Shown here: one piece after another, positions 57,489 to 64,000 of the stretch
Numbering within the stretch: the stretch's first letter is position 1
Layout of the letters: each line of letters begins with the position of its first letter
DNA from: Patescibacteria group bacterium
GTDB taxonomy: Bacteria; Patescibacteriota; Doudnabacteria; UBA920; O2-02-FULL-48-8
Direction of reading: 5' to 3'
DNA: 64,000 nucleotides
NCBI GenBank assembly: GCA_036278915.1
Contig: DASUKB010000001.1
Coordinates: 91,892-155,891, forward strand
The notes under the pieces: generated by a model
What the model was told of the DNA's origin: nothing
What the model saw: only the letters and a program-made list of their open reading frames with translations
Database searches by the model: none
Position numbers and translations under genes: made by a program

Positions 57489-58097
57489 ATGTCAAAATTT
57501 CTGATGGCTGAAAAACTGCATATGTCGCAAATCTTTACCCCCGACGGTAAGGTTGTTCCGGTCACAATTCTTAAGGCTTCACCAAACAAGGTAACTCTTG
57601 TACGAAGTTTGGAAAAAGACAAGTATCAGGCAGTGCAGGTCGGATTTGGGCGCCGCAAAAAAGCTACCAAAGCTTTAGCTGGCCACACTAAGGAGCTTGG
57701 CAAATTTGCGCACCTTTCCGAATTCCGCGTGGATGATTCTTCCAAATTCAGCCGCGGCCAGGAGATTACAGTGGCGACATTTGCTGTGGGTGATAAGGTT
57801 AAAGTAACCGGCGAAATGAAAGGCCGGGGATTTGCCGGACCGATTAAGCGCCACGGTTTCCACGGAGCACCGGCTTCGCACGGTCACGATCACCCGCGAG
57901 CCGTGGGAGCAATCGGCGGCAGGTTTCCGCAGCACGTGCGCAAAGGCTTGCGCATGGCGGGGCACATGGCAGGTATTCGTACCGTTAAAAATTTGGAAGT
58001 CGTGGAAATAGACGCCAAGCGCAACCTCATAGCGGTCAAGGGCGCGGTGCCGGGCGCGCCGGGAAATGTTGTCAGGATACAGTTGTCCCTAAAGTAA
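57489..58097 (+). CDS. rplC: 50S ribosomal protein L3
   Basis: ...MSQIFTPDGKVVPVTIL...; the ATG at 57489 is preferred because the ORF-track start at 57462 lies inside the hairpin. Confidence 0.9.
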   Translation: MSKFLMAEKLHMSQIFTPDGKVVPVTILKASPNKVTLVRSLEKDKYQAVQVGFGRRKKATKALAGHTKELGKFAHLSEFRVDDSSKFSRGQEITVATFAVGDKVKVTGEMKGRGFAGPIKRHGFHGAPASHGHDHPRAVGAIGGRFPQHVRKGLRMAGHMAGIRTVKNLEVVEIDAKRNLIAVKGAVPGAPGNVVRIQLSLK

Positions 58098-58774
58098 TGT
58101 TTATAATTGCGCATCGCGGGGCTTCGGGACTTGAACCTGAAAACACCCTCCGTTCCTTCAAAAAAGCCGAAGAACTCGGCGCCGATCTCATCGAACTCGA
58201 TGTGCGAATTTCCAAAGACGGTGAATTGGTCATAAGCCACGATGCTGATATGTTGCGGCTGTTTGGTGATCCAAGATTGCTCAAACAACTTCCGCTTTCC
58301 GAGATCAAGCGAATAAGCGCTTTGCACAACCGGGAAATCCCAACACTTGCGGACGTAATTGCAAACGTAAATCGCGATTTGAATATTCATATCAAAAATC
58401 ACGGTATCGAGCGCCAAGTCTTGGAAGCTATAAAAAGTTTTCCGCACAGGGTCCTGATTTCCTCCACCTTTCCAGGGGTGCTTAAGAAGATCAGAGCTTT
58501 GGATGGAAAAATTGATCTGGGATTGATTATCGGACGAGGGGAACTCCACCTTTTGCCGGTTGCCAATTTCCTGACCCGAAATATCGGACTTTACTCAATT
58601 CATCCAAAAGCCACAATTATATCTTTGCCTATCGTAAAATTATTTAAACTTTCCGGACGCAAGGTTAATGTGTGGACAGTGAATACAAAAGAAGAATTTA
58701 TAAGAATGCAACGCTTGGGCGTGGACGGCATTATCACCGACCACCCGGAGCTTATGAAAATTTATGGCAATTAG
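58097..58774 (+). CDS. Glycerophosphodiester phosphodiesterase (GDPD family) inserted in the S10 operon
   Basis: IIAHRGASGLEPENTLRSFKKAEELGADLIELDVRISKDGELVISHD. Overlaps the rplC stop by 1 nt (TAATG) and rplD by 11 nt. Confidence 0.8.
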   Translation: MFIIAHRGASGLEPENTLRSFKKAEELGADLIELDVRISKDGELVISHDADMLRLFGDPRLLKQLPLSEIKRISALHNREIPTLADVIANVNRDLNIHIKNHGIERQVLEAIKSFPHRVLISSTFPGVLKKIRALDGKIDLGLIIGRGELHLLPVANFLTRNIGLYSIHPKATIISLPIVKLFKLSGRKVNVWTVNTKEEFIRMQRLGVDGIITDHPELMKIYGN

Positions 58775-59411
58775 AACCGCAGTCTACAATCAATCCGGAG
58801 AAAAGATTTCCGAGTTGGATCTCAATCCCAAAATTTTTGGTTTGGAAGATTTGGATGCGCATTTGGTGCATACTGCCGCAGTAGCGCAAGCCACCAATGC
58901 CCGCCATTCTATAGCCCACACCAAAAATCGCGGCGAAGTTGCCGGTTCCGGTAAAAAGCCTTGGAAACAGAAGGGTACCGGACGCGCACGCGCCGGTTCG
59001 GTTCGTTCCCCAATTTGGCGCCACGGCGGCATCACATTTGGCCCGAGAAATCAGGCCGACTGGTCCGTGAAGTTAAATCGCAGCGCATTCCGCAAGGCTC
59101 TATTTACGATTCTGACCGACAAGATGCGTGACAATAAATTAACTATTATTGATAAGCTGCCACAGGTTGAAAAAACTCGAGAATTGGCGGGGATTTTGGC
59201 TCGGATTGCCGCAAACGCCGGACTTGGCAAAAATTATTCATTGATTTTGGCTGTAAAGAATGCCGAGGTCGTGCGTGCGGGACGAAATCTTTCTCACGTG
59301 AAGATTATGTTTGCCGACCAGCTCAATATTTTGGACCTTGTGCAGTATGATCCAATTATCACTCAGGACGCGCTGGCTGTTATAGAGAAAATTTATTTAA
59401 AGAACTCCTAA
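58764..59411 (+). CDS. rplD: 50S ribosomal protein L4
   Basis: GSGKKPWKQKGTGRARAGSVRSPIWRHGG. Confidence 0.95.
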   Translation: MAIRTAVYNQSGEKISELDLNPKIFGLEDLDAHLVHTAAVAQATNARHSIAHTKNRGEVAGSGKKPWKQKGTGRARAGSVRSPIWRHGGITFGPRNQADWSVKLNRSAFRKALFTILTDKMRDNKLTIIDKLPQVEKTRELAGILARIAANAGLGKNYSLILAVKNAEVVRAGRNLSHVKIMFADQLNILDLVQYDPIITQDALAVIEKIYLKNS

Positions 59412-59415
59412 GAAT

Positions 59416-59856
59416 ATGAGTATTATAGACCGCATCAAAGGCAAGAAGGACGAAGCTCCGAAGAAAGCTTCCAAGAAATCCCCGAAAAAGCAAGAGGATG
59501 TTTTGTCCATGGTTCAGGAAGAAACTCCGACTGCGGAAAAAACCGAGACGGTGCTAAAAGAGGACACCGGCCGCGCGCATCATATCCTTTTAAATTATCA
59601 CTTGTCGGAAAAATCCAACCTTTTGTCTACTTTCGGTCGCTATGTGTTTAAGGTTTCGCGACATGCCAACAAGCTTGAGGTTCGAAAGGCGGTGGAAAAG
59701 GTATATGATGTACATGTCGTGAGCGTAAATATCGTTCGCAGCCGCGGCAAGGTTCGCAGATCGGGACGAGTTGTCGGCAAAACTTCCGACTGGAAAAAAG
59801 CTTATGTGACTCTTAAAGAAGGAGAAAAGATCAGCGGGTTAGCAGAAGGAGTATAA
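59416..59856 (+). CDS. rplW: 50S ribosomal protein L23 with ~50-aa Lys-rich N-terminal extension
   Basis: The core HILLNYHLSEKSN...KLEVRKAVEKVYDVHVVSVNI follows the extension KGKKDEAPKKASKKSPKKQ. Confidence 0.85.
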   Translation: MSIIDRIKGKKDEAPKKASKKSPKKQEDVLSMVQEETPTAEKTETVLKEDTGRAHHILLNYHLSEKSNLLSTFGRYVFKVSRHANKLEVRKAVEKVYDVHVVSVNIVRSRGKVRRSGRVVGKTSDWKKAYVTLKEGEKISGLAEGV

Positions 59857-59882
59857 ACAGTTTTTAATTACTAATTTCTAAG

Positions 59883-60713
59883 ATGGCTATCAAGATTTAC
59901 AAACCAACTTCAGCAGGACGCAGAATCCACTCGGTGACTGACTATTCCGTACTGACTAGAAACGCGAAGGCTCCGCGGAGTTTGGTTGTGTCCCAGAAGA
60001 ACTCTGCCGGACGAAACAACCAGGGCAAAATCACTATACGCCATCGCGGCGGCGGACATAAAACCCGCACACGGATAATTGATTTTATGCGCGAGAAGAT
60101 GAACATTCCGGCCCGTGTCCAGACTTTGGAATACGACCCGGGACGATCGGCTTTTATCTCGCTTTTGGCTTATAAAGATGGTGAGAAGCGCTATATTTTA
60201 GCACCCGACGGCACCAAAATCGGCGAAGTTTTGATGACTTCCGAACGCGCAGACATTAAACCCGGCAACCGGATGATGATGAAAAATATCCCGGTCGGCA
60301 CCAACATTCACAACATTGAACTGATCCAAGGCCGCGGCGGCCGCATGGCTCGCGCTGCTGGGACTTATGCTATAATTCAGTCTTCCGAAGGGGATTATGT
60401 GACTTTGAAGATGCCTTCAGGAGAAATTCGCAAAATTGCTTCGAATTGCTATGCTACTGTCGGTCAGGTTTCAAACACCGACTGGATGTACGTTCGTATC
60501 GGCAAAGCGGGCCGTACCAGGCATATGGGAATTCGCCCTACTGTGCGCGGCAAAGCCATGAACCCGATAGATCACCCGCATGGCGGCGGCGAAGGACACA
60601 ACCCGATTGGTTTGAAATATCCAAAAACGCCTTGGGGCAAACACGCATTGGGCGTGCGCACCCGCAACCCGAAGAAAGCTTCCGGCAAATTTATACTCCA
60701 GCGGAGAAAGTAA
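59883..60713 (+). CDS. rplB: 50S ribosomal protein L2
   Basis: GGGHKTRTR..., ...GRNPIDHPHGGGEG. Confidence 0.97.
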   Translation: MAIKIYKPTSAGRRIHSVTDYSVLTRNAKAPRSLVVSQKNSAGRNNQGKITIRHRGGGHKTRTRIIDFMREKMNIPARVQTLEYDPGRSAFISLLAYKDGEKRYILAPDGTKIGEVLMTSERADIKPGNRMMMKNIPVGTNIHNIELIQGRGGRMARAAGTYAIIQSSEGDYVTLKMPSGEIRKIASNCYATVGQVSNTDWMYVRIGKAGRTRHMGIRPTVRGKAMNPIDHPHGGGEGHNPIGLKYPKTPWGKHALGVRTRNPKKASGKFILQRRK

Positions 60714-60714
60714 T

Positions 60715-61179
60715 ATGAAATTTTTAATCTCAATTGTCGCTATATTGTTAGTTTCTGCCGCTTGCAACCAGCAGCCCACAGTAAGTCAGCAGAATAATTC
60801 AGATACGACTGCTGTTACTACAACGCAATCTACCCAAACATCTCAGCAATCTTCCGAGTCGTCCAACCAGACTAATGACCAAGGCCAAGCTTCTTCCGCC
60901 ACTGTCAGAATTGATTCACTTGCTCCAACTTCCGCAGCCATAGGAGCACAAGTTGCGGTCAAAGGCGCTGGATTTACCGAAACCGATAATACGATCAATG
61001 AAGGCGGTATAGAACTGACAGGAATTACTTCCAATGGCACCTCGCTTGTATTTACAGTTTCCAGCTGTCCGACCTACGCGCCAAGATGTCCAGGACATTT
61101 ATTGGCTGGGCCAATCCAAATATCTATTACAAACGCAAATGGCAATTCTAATTCAGTAACCCTCAACGTAACCGAATAA
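60715..61179 (+). CDS. Predicted lipoprotein with Ser/Thr/Gln-rich linker and IPT/TIG-like beta domain, inserted between rplB and rpsS
   Basis: Signal peptide with a lipobox-like LVSAAC. Low-complexity QQNNSDTTAVTTTQSTQTSQQSSESSNQTNDQ. A C-terminal beta-strand-rich domain. Confidence 0.55.
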   Translation: MKFLISIVAILLVSAACNQQPTVSQQNNSDTTAVTTTQSTQTSQQSSESSNQTNDQGQASSATVRIDSLAPTSAAIGAQVAVKGAGFTETDNTINEGGIELTGITSNGTSLVFTVSSCPTYAPRCPGHLLAGPIQISITNANGNSNSVTLNVTE

Positions 61180-61182
61180 TTT

Positions 61183-61506
61183 ATGTCACGATCACTTAAA
61201 AAAGGACCGTTTATAGATCCCAAGCTCTGGGAAAAAGTCAAAAATGCCAAACCGGGCATGAATACGCAGATTAAAACCTGGTCGCGCGATTCTACTATTT
61301 TCCCGGAAATGGTCGGCATGAGTTTTTTGGTGCATAACGGCAAGACTTTTATCACCGTCAGCTGCAGTGAAAATATGGTTGGACACAAGCTTGGTGAATT
61401 TTCCCCAACACGCAAATTTATCCGACACGGCGGCAAGATGGCCAAAGAAGAGGCTCAAGCCGCTGCGGCCAAGGAAGCTCCGGCTCCGGCAGCTCCCAAG
61501 AAATAA
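61183..61506 (+). CDS. rpsS: 30S ribosomal protein S19 with Ala/Lys-rich C-terminal extension
   Basis: [15 protein letters not shown]...HNGKTFITV...[13 protein letters not shown]. Confidence 0.95.
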   Translation: MSRSLKKGPFIDPKLWEKVKNAKPGMNTQIKTWSRDSTIFPEMVGMSFLVHNGKTFITVSCSENMVGHKLGEFSPTRKFIRHGGKMAKEEAQAAAAKEAPAPAAPKK

Positions 61507-61518
61507 TTTTTAATTTTT

Positions 61519-62133
61519 ATGGCACAAGAGGCAAGACTTAAAACCAATACCGCAACCTCCAAGACTGCTCCGATTGAAAAACAGCAGGTCAAGGCTTTTG
61601 CGCGTTTCATCCAGGTTTCGCCGCAGAAGATGCGGCTCTTGGCTGACATGGTGCGCAATACACCAGTGTCTTATGCTTTAGAACAGCTGGAATTTTCTCC
61701 TAAGAAAGCCTCCGTGCCAATGATTAAAGTTATAAATTCCGCGATTGCCAACGCCGTACACAACTTTAGTCTCCGTAAGGAAGATTTATTTATCAAAACC
61801 TTGACCGTGGATGGCGGACCGGTGCTCAAACGGTTCCGACCGCGCGCGCAGGGGCGTGCAGGTGCTATCCATAAACGAACCAGCCACATTAATGTTGTAT
61901 TGGAAGAGCGTGCTGGCGGCAAGCGCACAGCCAGATCAATATTTGCCCGTATCCGTCCAACCAAAACGACCCGCACACAGGAACACAAGCACGATCACGA
62001 TACGGAAGTTGAAGAAGGACAGACCTCCGCGCCAAAACAGCAGCACACTCAAGCTCCTAAAACTGGTGAAGCTAAAAAGACGCAGAAGATTTCACTCAAG
62101 CGAAGATTATTTAACCGCAAATCAGGACAATAG
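61519..62133 (+). CDS. rplV: 50S ribosomal protein L22 with ~85-aa C-terminal extension
   Basis: Core AKAFARFIQVSPQKMRLLADMVRN... plus a basic tail. Confidence 0.9.
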   Translation: MAQEARLKTNTATSKTAPIEKQQVKAFARFIQVSPQKMRLLADMVRNTPVSYALEQLEFSPKKASVPMIKVINSAIANAVHNFSLRKEDLFIKTLTVDGGPVLKRFRPRAQGRAGAIHKRTSHINVVLEERAGGKRTARSIFARIRPTKTTRTQEHKHDHDTEVEEGQTSAPKQQHTQAPKTGEAKKTQKISLKRRLFNRKSGQ

Positions 62134-62138
62134 ACTAT

Positions 62139-62801
62139 ATGGGACAGAAGGTTAACGCCAACAGCTTAAGACTTAACATTACCGATACTTGGAAATCCAG
62201 GTGGCTTTCCAAAACCAACTTTTCCAAATTTTTGGAAGAGGATACGCGAATCCGGGCATTCCTGTCAAAGGAACTTAAAAAAGCCGGACTGGTCAGAATT
62301 GATATCGAGCGTTTTGCCAATACTACTGCCATCACCATAAAGACTACAAAGCCAGGCATGATTATCGGCAAAGGCGGCGGCGGGATTGAAGACCTCAAGA
62401 AAAAGTTGGCCAAACACCTTGGTTACAAGCTAGATGTTAAGATCAATATTGAAGAAGTGCGGGACGTCAACTTGCAGGCACAGGTAATCGCCCAAGACAT
62501 AGCAGACCAGATCGAGCGCCGTATAGCATTTCGCCGCGCCATGAAGCAGTCTATTGAACGGATAATGGAAGCCGGTGCTTTGGGAGTGAAGATTGAATGC
62601 GCGGGCCGCCTGGGAGGCGCAGAAATTGCGCGCACTGAGCGGTTGTTTAAGGGAAAGCTGCCTTTGCATACCCTGCGGGCCAATATTGACTTTGCTCGGA
62701 TCACAGCCTACACCACTTATGGAACAATAGGTGTGAAGGTTTGGATCAATAAAGGCGAAGTGTTTGCACAAGGAAAGCCCGGAAAAATTTCTAATTCCTA
62801 A
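62139..62801 (+). CDS. rpsC: 30S ribosomal protein S3
   Basis: MGQKVNANSLRLNITDTWKSRW... and the KH-like and C-terminal domains. Confidence 0.97.
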   Translation: MGQKVNANSLRLNITDTWKSRWLSKTNFSKFLEEDTRIRAFLSKELKKAGLVRIDIERFANTTAITIKTTKPGMIIGKGGGGIEDLKKKLAKHLGYKLDVKINIEEVRDVNLQAQVIAQDIADQIERRIAFRRAMKQSIERIMEAGALGVKIECAGRLGGAEIARTERLFKGKLPLHTLRANIDFARITAYTTYGTIGVKVWINKGEVFAQGKPGKISNS

Positions 62802-62818
62802 TTTCTAATTGACCGATT

Positions 62819-63232
62819 ATGTTAATCCCCAAGAAAGTTAAACATCGCAAACAGCACCGCGGACGCTCGACTGGCAAAGCTATGTCCGGCAATTTCGTGG
62901 CGTTTGGGAGTTTCGGACTCAAGTCTATGGAAAATTCTTGGATTACAAGTCGGCAGATTGAAGCCGCGCGCCGCGCAATGACCCGCTATATTCAGCGTGG
63001 CGGCAAGGTTTGGATACGTATTTTTCCGGATAAATCTGTGACTTCGCACGGCAATGAATCTCCTATGGGCACCGGCAAAGGCGCGGTGGACCACTTTGTG
63101 GCTGTGGTGCAGAAAGGCCGGATACTATTTGAGATGGACGGCGTGACTGCCGAACAGGCCGCTGAAGCCATGCGATTAGCTTCTCACAAGCTGCCGGTGA
63201 AGACGAAATTTATACTCAGGAGTCAGCAATAA
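62819..63232 (+). CDS. rplP: 50S ribosomal protein L16
   Basis: [16 protein letters not shown]... Confidence 0.97.
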   Translation: MLIPKKVKHRKQHRGRSTGKAMSGNFVAFGSFGLKSMENSWITSRQIEAARRAMTRYIQRGGKVWIRIFPDKSVTSHGNESPMGTGKGAVDHFVAVVQKGRILFEMDGVTAEQAAEAMRLASHKLPVKTKFILRSQQ

Positions 63233-63233
63233 T

Positions 63234-63437
63234 ATGAAGATGAAAGAACTGCGAGCCCGAAACCAGAATGAACTGATTAAAACACTTTCGACCTTACGCG
63301 AACAGGTGCGCGACCTCAAATTTAAAGTCCATTCCAAGGAAGTTAAGGATTCCCACCGGCTGAAAAATGTCCGGCAGGATATTGCCAGAATTTTGACGAT
63401 TTTAAACGAGCCTGAATCGGACTCGCAGAAGGCATAA
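63234..63437 (+). CDS. rpmC: 50S ribosomal protein L29
   Basis: MKMKELRARNQNELIKTLSTLREQVRDLKFK. Confidence 0.9.
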   Translation: MKMKELRARNQNELIKTLSTLREQVRDLKFKVHSKEVKDSHRLKNVRQDIARILTILNEPESDSQKA

Positions 63438-63442
63438 ATTTT

Positions 63443-63682
63443 ATGAGCAAACGAACACTAATCGGCATAGTAGAATCCGCTAAAATGACCCAAACCGTGA
63501 TTGTGAAAGTGGGATCGATAAAAGTCCATCCCAAATACCACAAACGGTTCCAGGTCACGAAAAAATACCCGGCGCACAACGAACTTGCCGACATTAAAGC
63601 CGGAGACCGCGTGGAAATCGAGGAAAGCAAGCCGTACTCCAAAACAGTTAATTGGAACGTAGTTAAAAAGTTAGAAAGTTAA
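63443..63682 (+). CDS. rpsQ: 30S ribosomal protein S17
   Basis: [20 protein letters not shown]...HPKYHKR...HNE. Confidence 0.95.
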   Translation: MSKRTLIGIVESAKMTQTVIVKVGSIKVHPKYHKRFQVTKKYPAHNELADIKAGDRVEIEESKPYSKTVNWNVVKKLES

Positions 63683-63734
63683 AAAGTTAGAAAGACTTTT
63701 AAACCTTCGAACTTTCAAACCTTTAAACATTCAT

Positions 63735-64000
63735 ATGATTCAGCTTAGAACCAGATTAAAAGTAGCAGACAACACTGGCGCCAGAGAATTGGCAGTGTTC
63801 GGCGTGTCCGGCAAGAATCACCGCCGCTGGGCTCGTTTGGGCGATGTTGTGGCCGCTTCCGTAAAGATCGCAAGCCCAAAAGGCCAGGTTAAAAAAGGCG
63901 ACAAAGTCTATGCTGTTATTGTCCGCACTCATAAAGAAGTTCGCCGACCCGACGGATCATATATACGGTTTGACGATAACGCTGCAGTGCTCGTGGCCAA
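63735..64000 (+). CDS. rplN: 50S ribosomal protein L14 (5' part; continues past window end)
   Basis: [19 protein letters not shown]... The open frame runs to the window edge. Confidence 0.9.
   Translation, partial: MIQLRTRLKVADNTGARELAVFGVSGKNHRRWARLGDVVAASVKIASPKGQVKKGDKVYAVIVRTHKEVRRPDGSYIRFDDNAAVLVA

Overview
The window is 64 kb from a bacterial chromosome; gene content and architecture suggest a small-genome lineage (Patescibacteria/CPR-like), though phylum is not provable from sequence alone. Supporting signs are compact operons, many genes without Shine-Dalgarno sequences, an alpha2-type GlyRS, ribosomal proteins with extensions, and many small hypothetical membrane proteins.

Core content:
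- PNPase 3' part, cdd, tgt, glyQS, metG, leuS, tsaC, glyA, nfo, tatD, and two tRNAs (Leu-CAA on the minus strand, Pro-GGG).
- An ABC transporter pair, parB, and a PAS-GGDEF-EAL protein.
- The str and S10 ribosomal operons in canonical order (rpsL-rpsG-fusA-tuf, then rpsJ-rplC-rplD-rplW-rplB-rpsS-rplV-rpsC-rplP-rpmC-rpsQ-rplN). Non-ribosomal genes are inserted between r-protein genes: a guanylate-kinase-like gene, a GDPD and a lipoprotein.

Accessory and unusual content:
- An AT-rich defence-type island of about 5 kb (about 4.6-9.7 kb). It carries a membrane-anchored Mrr_cat protein, an XRE/ImmA/DUF3892 module, a Dam-family MTase coupled to a PD-(D/E)xK nuclease-like protein with a wHTH tail, and a TM-wHTH protein. 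It is bracketed by a perfect 18-nt inverted repeat.
- A tandem array of five paralogous 3-TM small proteins, each with its own near-identical promoter. It lies upstream of a secreted LCAT/PGAP1-like lipase gene that is broken by a single in-frame TAG.
- A conserved, structured element of about 105 nt present three times (upstream of tatD, downstream of tRNA-Pro, and between rpsG and fusA). Helices show compensatory changes across copies.
- At least five short GC-rich cassettes with canonical AAGGAGG ribosome-binding sites embedded in otherwise SD-poor, lower-GC DNA. One sits next to tRNA-Pro and one inside the fusA-tuf spacer.
- A short upstream ORF that re-encodes the GlyRS N-terminus with synonymous divergence, followed by a terminator.
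- Several families of recurring terminator-like hairpins.

All composition statements are by-eye and should be computed.
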